Source: Escherichia phage UGJNEcP1
Direction: 5' to 3' (one strand)
Sequence record: OV754623
Length of the DNA: 64,000 nt
Shown here one piece after another: positions 48,066 through 56,935 of this stretch. The position numbers were made by a program, and so were the translations under genes. How positions within the stretch are numbered: position 1 is the stretch's first letter; each line of letters opens with the position of its first letter. The notes under the pieces are model-generated. The model worked only from the letters and a program-made list of their open reading frames with translations, had not been told where the DNA came from and ran no database searches.

Positions 48066-48781
48066 TAGTCAAGGAATCCTTTAACATAATCAAAATCACG
48101 TTCAAACACATGGGCACTTACCATGGTATGAGTATAATCACCAACTTCTACACCACATTCGTTAGCGATATAATGAAGTAATTTTCCTTGGAGATAAAAA
48201 TCCAACTGCATAACAACAGCACAGTTCTGGGAACGCATATGACAGTGGGTATAAAGCTTACCATCACGAATATAATAAGTCACTGAGTCAGTACATGGAT
48301 ATTCAAGCGTTTCGTCCGAATCAAGCAAAGCCTGATCAGAACTTTCTAGAATTTGGAACACAACTCTTCGGGAGTTAGGCTTCTCTTTAAGTTCTTTTAG
48401 AAGAGCTGGTAATTGAGCCGCAATGCGAGGGCCATAGAAAGTGTTGAAGTTCGCCGGCAAAACATCTGATTTTGGTTTAGAAATAAATTTAGCGACATTA
48501 GGATATGCCTTAAACGCTTCTTCTGCGTTGGTACCACCAGAAATCATAAACTTCCAGAAGTCTTCGGCATATTCATAAGAGATGCGGTTAATACGTGGGT
48601 CGGTCATTTTGAATGATGATGGAGTGTCAACAACCACTGTCATAGACCCAATTTCATTACAACGTCCAATACGAGAATCAGTTACGAATTCCGGGTTTTC
48701 TAAAATTTCACGATTGACTGCTTTAAATGCGGCTTGAAAATCTGCGGCTTTGATATATTTCATTGTGTTATGTTTTCCCAT
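48065..48781 (-). CDS. 42: thymidylate-synthase-fold pyrimidine C5-modifying enzyme, probable dCMP hydroxymethylase gp42
   Basis: 238 aa; YPCTDSVTYYIRDGKLYTHCHMRSQN has the catalytic-Cys and R/S motifs of the TS/dCMP-hydroxymethylase fold; synteny. Confidence 0.65.
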   Translation of the reverse strand: MGKHNTMKYIKAADFQAAFKAVNREILENPEFVTDSRIGRCNEIGSMTVVVDTPSSFKMTDPRINRISYEYAEDFWKFMISGGTNAEEAFKAYPNVAKFISKPKSDVLPANFNTFYGPRIAAQLPALLKELKEKPNSRRVVFQILESSDQALLDSDETLEYPCTDSVTYYIRDGKLYTHCHMRSQNCAVVMQLDFYLQGKLLHYIANECGVEVGDYTHTMVSAHVFERDFDYVKGFLD

Positions 48782-48823
48782 GTTTACCTCAATACAATTT
48801 ATTATATACTCAATTCGTAAAGC

Positions 48824-49063
48824 TTATTTGAATTTCTTGACAATGTTGATATAACGTAAAGCTTCAGCATCGATACTTCCAAGAACACTATGAAGAAATG
48901 CATCAGCGTAATATTCTAGTTGAACAGGTTCTTTAATCACTTTAGCCGCTTTAGTTTCAAACAGGCCCATCAGGGCCTTTTTAAGAATTTGTTCGTTAGT
49001 GTTCAGTTTAATAGTCAAAATCTCTTCGTTAAGTTGGTGGTTAAAAGTTTTTCTAGAAATCAT
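48824..49063 (-). CDS. hypothetical small protein
   Basis: 79-aa ORF with ATGA-type overlap with the upstream gene. Confidence 0.45.
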   Translation of the reverse strand: MISRKTFNHQLNEEILTIKLNTNEQILKKALMGLFETKAAKVIKEPVQLEYYADAFLHSVLGSIDAEALRYINIVKKFK

Positions 49064-50220
49064 TCCGGGTACCTCAAAGCGTCATCAGAGTTAGTTATAT
49101 CAATAATAGATATAGAGTTTTCTGCTAACCCGTTTTTAGATAATTGACGTTTATAATATCTTTCACAATATGTACACGTCGTCCCGCAGATTTCATTAGC
49201 ACAATCGAAATCTGGATGTCTGAACCACCTTTTTTCTAAAAAGCCATCTAACAAAGAGGTTTCAATATTTACTGTATGTGAAAACTCAGTTTCGTTTTCA
49301 AGAGTGAAAATAGTCTCTAAAGGCTTCCACAGTTCTAACAAATTACCTTCAAACTTTTCAGAAGCGTATGCTTCAAGAACTTTCAAAATGTAGTCTGTGC
49401 TACCTGTACGTCCTGAAACTTTGAATTGAGTGATACCAATATCATTATAAAGTTTCAAATCTTGAGGACGAACAAAACGAGTTCTCAACCAGTTAAATGG
49501 GTCTGTATCACGAGCTTTAATACAGTGCTGCATAGGATATCCGTTTAAGGATTTAGCATCATCGGCTGTAACATCAGTACTATGGAAAATATAGCAAGAG
49601 TCACGATAGCTACAATGTGTTGTATACCCTTTACCAGCATTAGAACAGAACTCATTTACAAGAACTTCAAATATTATATTGTTCTTATTGCAAAACTCTG
49701 CTGCACGCTTCAGGAAAGAAACTGAACGGTTCTTATGAATTCCACAGCAGACCTTTTTGATATTATATTGGTCATGCAAGTATTTGATTTGAGTTACAGC
49801 ATCGACATGTAGAATTGTTGAAACTTCAATCTCAATGTCTTTATTGACTTCACGAACAATTTCCATAACAACAGGGTTAGCGATAGTAATACGCCATACG
49901 CCTATTGACCAAAGATACTGAACATAATCCTGAATAGCTTTCTTCTTCCACTCAACTAGTTCTCTTTTTGAACCAGGATTTATCGTGTTGAGTGTATAGT
50001 TAAAGCAAATACCTAATTCGTTACAACGTTTAACGTAATCTTCTAACATCTTTTTGTCAACGTCAGGAAGCCTAAAATCAGGTCTGGCTGCTACAAAAGC
50101 CATTTCTCTTGTAGAGCCGTATACTTCATTTATCAAGCTATTAGGATAAGTTTTATTGAGCTCTACGATTTTATCAAGAAGAGCTAAATCAAAATTCGTT
50201 CCGATTTTAAAAGTATTCAT
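49060..50220 (-). CDS. U32-family (collagenase-like / Fe-S hydroxylase-like) enzyme candidate
   Basis: 386 aa; NYTLNTIN and VLVNEFCSNAGKGYTTHCSY resemble U32 TIM-barrel motifs (partial match to the E.F..G..C....G.C..S signature); C-terminal C-x4-C-x3-C-x2-C cluster. Confidence 0.45.
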   Translation of the reverse strand: MNTFKIGTNFDLALLDKIVELNKTYPNSLINEVYGSTREMAFVAARPDFRLPDVDKKMLEDYVKRCNELGICFNYTLNTINPGSKRELVEWKKKAIQDYVQYLWSIGVWRITIANPVVMEIVREVNKDIEIEVSTILHVDAVTQIKYLHDQYNIKKVCCGIHKNRSVSFLKRAAEFCNKNNIIFEVLVNEFCSNAGKGYTTHCSYRDSCYIFHSTDVTADDAKSLNGYPMQHCIKARDTDPFNWLRTRFVRPQDLKLYNDIGITQFKVSGRTGSTDYILKVLEAYASEKFEGNLLELWKPLETIFTLENETEFSHTVNIETSLLDGFLEKRWFRHPDFDCANEICGTTCTYCERYYKRQLSKNGLAENSISIIDITNSDDALRYPE

Positions 50221-50274
50221 TTTTTACATCTCGCGTTAATTGATGCGATGGTTTTTTTGCAGGTCTTACTTAAA

Positions 50275-50679
50275 TTATTGTAGATTCGGTTTATATGATT
50301 TAAATGTTTCGAATTCGCCTTTATTCATAAGAGCTTTGAATTCGTCAGGACGCATAGCTTTGTCGTCGATAATCCAATCATATACTGGTTTATGTGTTAG
50401 CAAATTATGGTACTTCAAGCCAATGTTTGCCAAGTTCTGAATCAGACTTGGGAGAATGTCAATTGCTATACGACCAGGACCTACTGACTTCATACCGCGA
50501 GCAGTGTAAAGCGTTATGGTATGCCCTGCATCATACAGGGCATTAATGGCAGACACCATTTCGACGTCTGGTTTGAAGTTCACGTAATCACGATTGTTAT
50601 TCCACTCTGTTATACAATCATCGACATCAAAACAAAGATTAAGCATGTTTTCTACACGGTGCATTAGATTCGTTCCCAT
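50275..50679 (-). CDS. HAD-superfamily phosphatase-like protein
   Basis: 134 aa; LCFDVDDCIT (DxD motif I), TLYTARG (motif II), IIDDK (motif IV). Confidence 0.55.
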   Translation of the reverse strand: MGTNLMHRVENMLNLCFDVDDCITEWNNNRDYVNFKPDVEMVSAINALYDAGHTITLYTARGMKSVGPGRIAIDILPSLIQNLANIGLKYHNLLTHKPVYDWIIDDKAMRPDEFKALMNKGEFETFKSYKPNLQ

Positions 50680-52349
50680 TGATGAGTGATATCGCCACCG
50701 ATTGGACGATAAGAAACACCAGTTTCTTTATCAGTTAGTACCCATTTACCAGGATTTTTTGTAATCAGAGTAGCCGTTACAGGCTCTGCTACGTCATAAC
50801 TAATAGAGCCGTCTTGAAGTACACGGCCCATGTTACGTAATTGCTTAGTCAGAAGTTCCATACCTTTATAATATGCGGCTACCGCTTTAAGTGGATTATT
50901 CTTGAAATAACCACCTAATGCAATCCAGATAATTGCCACCGCCAAATGATGATACTCGTTAAACGAACTCATCTTTCCATATTTGTAAATTAATGGATTG
51001 ATGTTAATAGTCACATTACAAGTTGTTTCATCAATAGTAAACTGTCCCCAGGTCGGATTAGCATTGAATTCATCATAACCTGAAACAGCATAAAGCACTT
51101 TAGCTTCATCGTACAATTTTGGCCCGTAAATCTTGGTTTCGCCAAAATATCCACGAGGGTCGATAAACTTGACTTCGCCGTTATCAGTAATCATAGTATT
51201 ACTGAAGTTCGGGTCACCGTGAATAACAGAGTACTGTCCCTGAGAACGGTTATGATAACGAATAAGGTGTTCTAAAGCTTGTTTCAGCATTGGCTTCAGA
51301 CGTCCAATCTTAGTGTAGTTCACGTGTGTGATTTTACCAAATGAATCAATCAATGGTTGAATGCTTTCACAACGATCAATAACTTTCGTATAGAATTCTT
51401 TAGTGAAATCACGACGAACAGTTTCAGGACTTACAAAATAAGTGTCTGTGCTGAATTTCAGTGCATCTAAAATTGCATCAACAATTTGTGGACGAGCAAG
51501 ACTTGATTTGGATTTAATATATTCAAATGCCGGCTTACCTTTAATGCGTTCCATTTCAAAGTTATTTTCATTAACAGAAACTAACTGAGGAACTGAATCT
51601 GATTTCACTTTAAGATACCATGAAATCTCATCTTTCTGAAGAGCTCGGCCCTGTTCGGTTAATGCGAATTTAGTTACAGTTTCTTCACCAATTTCAACTG
51701 CATTAAAACTACGATTAAGTTCACGAACTTCATGAGCCTTTTCAAGTTTAGGCATATCACCTAAATCAATTAGATTCATAAGCTCTGATTTATTGAATGC
51801 ACTCCCGTAAAGGAATTCTACAAAATCACGTCCTTTGCAATATTCGTGAATTTCCTCATCAGTAGAACCCATGTAGAATTCCCAGTCTTTGAACTGATAA
51901 ATTCCTACAACATTACCACCTGTTGAACCTACGTTAGTGATATTTTCACCGTCGAAATTATATCGACATTCGTCACCCTTAACATAGATTGCGTTAACAT
52001 TCCAAGACCATGAACCAAAATCAGGAATAATATCACACCAGTTAACAATTACGTTATGGCCGTCTAAATCTTTGTGTAATTTAGCAAGAGCATAAGCAGA
52101 ACCATACGCTTCATCAACTGTACGAATAGTCACATTGAACCCTTCTTGCTCACAATAAGCTCGAACAGTTTCAGCAAATTTTGAATGAACTACTACAATA
52201 ATTTCATCTGCGCCAAGGTCAGAATAAATTGTATACAAATTGCTCAGAATAGTGTCTTGTTTATAGTTAACAAGCACCTTAGGAATATGATGCGTTATTG
52301 GATACAAACGAGTTGCCAGTCCAGCACCAAGAATAACAGCTTTTTTCAT
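50664..52349 (-). CDS. bifunctional sugar-1-phosphate nucleotidyltransferase / APH-like sugar kinase
   Basis: 561 aa; N-terminal MKKAVILGAGLATRLYPITHHIPKVLV (nucleotidyltransferase G-loop); C-terminal VIHGDPNFSNTMI...FIDPRGYFGE (HGD...N and ID motifs of the aminoglycoside/choline-kinase fold). Confidence 0.75.
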   Translation of the reverse strand: MKKAVILGAGLATRLYPITHHIPKVLVNYKQDTILSNLYTIYSDLGADEIIVVVHSKFAETVRAYCEQEGFNVTIRTVDEAYGSAYALAKLHKDLDGHNVIVNWCDIIPDFGSWSWNVNAIYVKGDECRYNFDGENITNVGSTGGNVVGIYQFKDWEFYMGSTDEEIHEYCKGRDFVEFLYGSAFNKSELMNLIDLGDMPKLEKAHEVRELNRSFNAVEIGEETVTKFALTEQGRALQKDEISWYLKVKSDSVPQLVSVNENNFEMERIKGKPAFEYIKSKSSLARPQIVDAILDALKFSTDTYFVSPETVRRDFTKEFYTKVIDRCESIQPLIDSFGKITHVNYTKIGRLKPMLKQALEHLIRYHNRSQGQYSVIHGDPNFSNTMITDNGEVKFIDPRGYFGETKIYGPKLYDEAKVLYAVSGYDEFNANPTWGQFTIDETTCNVTININPLIYKYGKMSSFNEYHHLAVAIIWIALGGYFKNNPLKAVAAYYKGMELLTKQLRNMGRVLQDGSISYDVAEPVTATLITKNPGKWVLTDKETGVSYRPIGGDITHQWERI

Positions 52350-52390
52350 GTTGAAGTCCTCATTGGTAAGTAGGAGTATTGTACACTATT

Positions 52391-52534
52391 CTAGTTAAAG
52401 CATTCATACTTTGCTTGTAGTCCAATCATAATCCATCCGATTATAAGAGTCGGAATCATTACCGGAGCCGTTAAGCTCCAGTAGATAGTCATGACAAGCA
52501 TCAATAGTAAAAGTCCTATTGTTATTGCTTTCAT
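52391..52534 (-). CDS. small hydrophobic peptide
   Basis: 47-aa ORF MKAITIGLLLLMLVMTIYWSL...; ATGA overlap with the SIS gene stop; below track cutoff. Confidence 0.3.
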   Translation of the reverse strand: MKAITIGLLLLMLVMTIYWSLTAPVMIPTLIIGWIMIGLQAKYECFN

Positions 52535-53166
52535 TGTTCGCCTCGTAACATGGCACCTAGTGCACCGCCTGGATGGAACTTAAGGAAGTCATTAGAGGTA
52601 AATCCACGTTCAGACGAAAGGTTGATAGCAAACGTATCGATAAGCGCTAACAACAATGTAGTGGACATAGTCGGAGCCAGAGAATTCTCATCAACCTCTA
52701 CCGCGATGCCTGTACAGAAAGAGTAATCAAAAAGGGCTTCATTTTCTTGCGGAATGTCTGGGTTACAATGCAACAGAATCTGTTTGACGTTCGGTCGAAT
52801 CATTTTAAGATGCTTAGCCACGCCTATCATTTCTTCAGTTTTACCAGAACGACTAATATGAATCAACACATCATTAGGCGCAATGAATCCTGCGTCACCG
52901 TGAGAATAATGTCCAGTGTTCAAGTACATACTCGGGATACCGAGTGAAGCAAATGTCTCAGAAGCTTTAGTTGCAATATTAGCATTCTTACCAACACCTG
53001 TAATAATTACTCGGCTTTCATAATTACTAAGTCCAGGGCGTCGAAGAGTTTCTAGAATAGCATTATAACGAGCAGGGTTTTGACTAATTACTTTGGCCAT
53101 AGCGGCCAAAGAAGAAGCTTGTTTTATGATTGCGTCAATAGCGATAGTAATAGGAGTAGTTTTCAT
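52531..53166 (-). CDS. SIS-domain sugar-phosphate isomerase (arabinose-5-phosphate isomerase / GmhA-like)
   Basis: 211 aa; ITGVGKNANIA and HISRSGKTEE are canonical SIS phosphosugar-binding motifs; no CBS domains. Confidence 0.75.
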   Translation of the reverse strand: MKTTPITIAIDAIIKQASSLAAMAKVISQNPARYNAILETLRRPGLSNYESRVIITGVGKNANIATKASETFASLGIPSMYLNTGHYSHGDAGFIAPNDVLIHISRSGKTEEMIGVAKHLKMIRPNVKQILLHCNPDIPQENEALFDYSFCTGIAVEVDENSLAPTMSTTLLLALIDTFAINLSSERGFTSNDFLKFHPGGALGAMLRGEQ

Positions 53167-53206
53167 ATTTCTCTCATTTAATTAGTTTACCGTCCATGGC
53201 ATTATA

Positions 53207-55918
53207 TCAAAAATCGAACATATCGAACAGAGATGCTTTCTTCTCGTAATCGAGTTTCGCTGCTGATGTGAATCCTTCAAGTGGTTTAATAAATGTCTTC
53301 TCAAGGAGAACAGTGTAGTCCATCCAATGAAGTACGTCGTCTTTAATTAAATCTGTGATTTCCGTACCAGAAGGCCATGCGATACATTTATCACCGAATG
53401 GGTTTCCATCACGTAAAGGCAGAACGTATACCTTTTCGCCTTCTACAACTTGTGGAGCATCAATATTACCTTTGATAGCTCGGTTATATGTCAGAATTCC
53501 ACGAATATGGAACGGGCATTTAGGTCCTGGATATCCACCTACATCATATTTAGCAATGTTATTCGCAGAAGATACCGACGCGATGCTAATATAATTCAAT
53601 TGACGGAATTCTTTTTCAAACTCTTTAAAATATTCTTGTAATGATTCTTCACCTTCTTGAAGCATACGACGAATACATTCTTTAAGAGCTTTCTGTACTG
53701 CTTTAGGAGTCGAAGATTTCTGAGTCTCTAGACCCATGATTTTGAGTTTAGGCTCAGCGTAACGAGTACCTTCCATATCCCACACGTTTAATGCATAACG
53801 TTTCTTACCAGTCCAGAATCCACCAATACCTTTAGAACCGAGCGGAGGTCCAGCGATAGCTTCTCGGTCCATGAACATTAAGTGTTGTTTATTGTTCATG
53901 TATTCACACATTTCACGGAAACCTTTATCAATAGCTGGTTCCATACGTTCACGTGCAAACTTATCTAAGAAGTCTACCCAATGGTTGGTATCACGGAATT
54001 TAGATTCACCAACCTTATCGATAATTTTATCAGCAGATACGTAAATAGAGTCTGTATCACCATAAAGAACGAAAGCTTCACCTTCTGTGCCACAAACTTC
54101 ATTCAGATATTCATTAACTTTACGTTCAATCCACTGTAAAGCCATTTGACCAAATGTTGTGATTGCAGTTGCATTACGCAAATCGTAATAACGGAACCAA
54201 ACGTTGCCAAGTGCACCATAAAGCGAGTTGATGAGCAATTTACGGTTAATCTGTGCAGTCATACCTGCAACTTCAGTACGTTGAGCTCTAAACAACATTT
54301 CATTAAGAGATTTAGCAGACAACTTTTTAATCTTTTCTTTAATCTCATCGCTGAAGTCGAAACGATAATCAACATCTAATGGTTCGTCAACAGAAAGATT
54401 AGGATTATGCAATGCCTCTTTAATTATTTCACCATTACGTTGAGCTGCAAGCATGTAACCTTTATGTTCTTTACGTTGATTAAAGACCTTAGTTATTTCA
54501 GTTGGAACTACACCATCACGGTCTTTATAATACATCATGCCGTTAGGAGAACAACTGTACACATCTGAAGGACGTTCAGCGATTGCGTTAATATAATCAT
54601 GCAATGGAGCTACTTTAAACGTTCCTGCTATTGTTTCCGGGCTAATATTCACTTGGCGAATAATACTTGGATACAGAGATGTAAGGTCGAAACTCATTAC
54701 ATATTTGTATCGATTTGGAATAGGTTCCTTAACAAAAGCACCCGGGTAAGGTTGAACTGGATGCGAACGACCTTGTGGAATCACCTTGTTTTGTTCTTTA
54801 AGGCTATTAAAAATAATAGCGTCCCAAGTTTTAATTGGACTGAACACAGATTGAATCTGAATTTTAGCATAATAACCCATGTCCAAACTCAAGTTGATGA
54901 ACTGACGCTTAGCATCAATTTGCAATACACGATACACGTCGATAATGTTATAAGAAATATATCGTTGGTGATTGCTTTCACGAAGCTTAGAAATAGGGCC
55001 GTCATATTTCAGTTTACCAACGTTCAATTCAAATTCTGAAATGTAATCCAGAGAATACGACGGTTGATTAGTAAAAGAGAATTTTTTGTAAAGGTCGATG
55101 TAATCAAGAACAGAGATACCGAACAATGTAATGATTTCACGAGAACCATACATGTTTTCGATAACTTTAACACGAGTTTTACGATGTGGTGATAAACGTT
55201 TCGCAGTAGATTCGCCAAAAATATTCTTGATTCGGTTATACACATATGGAATATCAAATGACTCAACGTTCCATCCGGTTAAAATGACAGGAGTTTTCTG
55301 TTGCCAGAAGTTGAGATATTCCATCAACAATTCTTTTTCGTTATCGAACGGCATATAAACGATTTTATCGATAATTTCAGATGGAACCTCATCACCACCT
55401 TGTTCTTGAAGCTTAGCAGCGATTTCAATAGACCATTCTTCTACATTACCGTATGGAGAATTCAATAGATCAAATACGTAGAACCTGTCGTCAATTGAGT
55501 CATAATGGGTGATAGCATCAATCGGATGTTTTGCTTGTGACGGCTCAGGGAACCCGTCCGGAGATGTTACTTCGATGTCGAAGTTAGCCACACGAATTTT
55601 TGTATGGTCGTATTTGATTTCATAGTTATAAGTGTCAGACAAATACGCCAATTTGAAATCGTCCATGCCAAGTGCTTCAAGTCCGATATCTTCCATGCGT
55701 TTAATCCATTGGGAGGCATCACGCATATTAGCGAACAACTTACGAGTACACGGCTTACCGTAGATATCGAAATATTTCGTAGCCTGACTTTCCGGACAAT
55801 GAGCAAACAGTGATGGTTTATATTCTACTTCACGAGTACGTTCACGGCCATTAGAATCGATGTAACGTTCAAAAATTGAATCACCAATCTGTTCAACCGT
55901 TAAGTAAAATTCTTTCAT
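53207..55918 (-). CDS. 43: DNA polymerase gp43 (family B)
   Basis: 903 aa; N-terminus MKEFYLTVEQIGDSIFERYIDSNGRERTRE matches RB69 gp43 as recalled; exonuclease FDIE and polymerase YGDTDS motifs. Confidence 0.97.
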   Translation of the reverse strand: MKEFYLTVEQIGDSIFERYIDSNGRERTREVEYKPSLFAHCPESQATKYFDIYGKPCTRKLFANMRDASQWIKRMEDIGLEALGMDDFKLAYLSDTYNYEIKYDHTKIRVANFDIEVTSPDGFPEPSQAKHPIDAITHYDSIDDRFYVFDLLNSPYGNVEEWSIEIAAKLQEQGGDEVPSEIIDKIVYMPFDNEKELLMEYLNFWQQKTPVILTGWNVESFDIPYVYNRIKNIFGESTAKRLSPHRKTRVKVIENMYGSREIITLFGISVLDYIDLYKKFSFTNQPSYSLDYISEFELNVGKLKYDGPISKLRESNHQRYISYNIIDVYRVLQIDAKRQFINLSLDMGYYAKIQIQSVFSPIKTWDAIIFNSLKEQNKVIPQGRSHPVQPYPGAFVKEPIPNRYKYVMSFDLTSLYPSIIRQVNISPETIAGTFKVAPLHDYINAIAERPSDVYSCSPNGMMYYKDRDGVVPTEITKVFNQRKEHKGYMLAAQRNGEIIKEALHNPNLSVDEPLDVDYRFDFSDEIKEKIKKLSAKSLNEMLFRAQRTEVAGMTAQINRKLLINSLYGALGNVWFRYYDLRNATAITTFGQMALQWIERKVNEYLNEVCGTEGEAFVLYGDTDSIYVSADKIIDKVGESKFRDTNHWVDFLDKFARERMEPAIDKGFREMCEYMNNKQHLMFMDREAIAGPPLGSKGIGGFWTGKKRYALNVWDMEGTRYAEPKLKIMGLETQKSSTPKAVQKALKECIRRMLQEGEESLQEYFKEFEKEFRQLNYISIASVSSANNIAKYDVGGYPGPKCPFHIRGILTYNRAIKGNIDAPQVVEGEKVYVLPLRDGNPFGDKCIAWPSGTEITDLIKDDVLHWMDYTVLLEKTFIKPLEGFTSAAKLDYEKKASLFDMFDF

Positions 55919-55978
55919 TTAATTTCCTTTAGACGAGTTATTGTCTTTTGTTTGTTGATGAACTTATTATACTCCAAA

Positions 55979-55994
55979 TGGGACCGAAGTCCCA
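55979..55994 (-). terminator. UUCG-tetraloop hairpin between regA and gene 43
   Basis: minus strand UGGGAC-UUCG-GUCCCA followed by UUUGGAG and a TATAAT element. Confidence 0.45.
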
Positions 55995-55999
55995 TTGCT

Positions 56000-56368
56000 T
56001 TAATTACCAATTGTATATTTTGCTTTCAAAGTCCAGTCATCTTTCTGTTTAAAAGAGATAACACGGAAGTTATTAGTCAGGCCAAACAGATCTTCACGAG
56101 CAGAGTCTTCAATAACAATCAAGCCCCAGTCTTCAAGCAACTGAGCAATCGAATCACGTCGCTGATAGTCTTCACCATCAATATCAACCTGACGTCCGTC
56201 CATACGCAGCATTTCTTTAAAGTGGACGATGTAGTATTTACCTTGCTTTTGGAGGATATGACAGGACTGATAAAGGACTTTATCCTTGTTATTAGCGATG
56301 CCCATACGGGTCAGAGTCTCTTTGACTTTCAGAAAATCTTCGGGGTTCTTCAATTTAATTTCGATCAT
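56000..56368 (-). CDS. regA: translational repressor RegA
   Basis: ORF 56000..56377, start at MIEIKL gives 122 aa; PEDFLKVKETLTRMGIANNKDKVLYQSCHILQK matches T4 RegA as recalled. Confidence 0.9.
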   Translation of the reverse strand: MIEIKLKNPEDFLKVKETLTRMGIANNKDKVLYQSCHILQKQGKYYIVHFKEMLRMDGRQVDIDGEDYQRRDSIAQLLEDWGLIVIEDSAREDLFGLTNNFRVISFKQKDDWTLKAKYTIGN

Positions 56369-56370
56369 TT

Positions 56371-56934
56371 TTACCATTCCAATGCTAATTTTTTAAATTG
56401 TTTTTGTTCTTTCACATTTTTTGTAACTTCTTTGAGAAACTCATCAGTGACCATGGCCTTCAGTTCTTTAAGGACTATTGGCAACTTGTTATTTTTTTCA
56501 AGGAGCCGCTTATACTCGGTAGCATCATTCATGTTGATTGTGTAATGTTTCATCAACAGTTTGATAACTAGTAACTCTGAAGTGTCTTCGACTAGTTTAG
56601 CCCATTTAGAGAATCGACGACCACGCGGAATTGCCGCCATCATATAGTTGAAGTGCGCTTCATCACTTAATTCAGAACCGACTAAGTTCATCATGTAAAC
56701 AGCTGGCATACATTCTGGGAACTGGGATAATGAGTTCTCAACCATAAATTTTGAGTAGTCGACCTGAGCAATTGACATAGGTTTCTTTTCATTAATAGCA
56801 TTAATGATTTTAAAGAATTCGTTCTCAGGTTTTTCTTTAAACATGTCAGCGCATTTTTGAATCGCATCAGCGTCGTTAGACTTCCATGCGATTTGGTGCT
56901 CGTTAAGTTGGACGTCATCATCAAATAAGTTCAT
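56371..56934 (-). CDS. 62: clamp loader small subunit gp62
   Basis: 187 aa as T4 gp62; synteny. Confidence 0.85.
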   Translation of the reverse strand: MNLFDDDVQLNEHQIAWKSNDADAIQKCADMFKEKPENEFFKIINAINEKKPMSIAQVDYSKFMVENSLSQFPECMPAVYMMNLVGSELSDEAHFNYMMAAIPRGRRFSKWAKLVEDTSELLVIKLLMKHYTINMNDATEYKRLLEKNNKLPIVLKELKAMVTDEFLKEVTKNVKEQKQFKKLALEW

Positions 56935-56935
56935 A

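Noticed and set aside
53355-55358. Several plus-strand ORFs of 63-146 aa inside gene 43
   Set aside because: All lie antisense within the DNA polymerase gene in alternate frames and lack start signals
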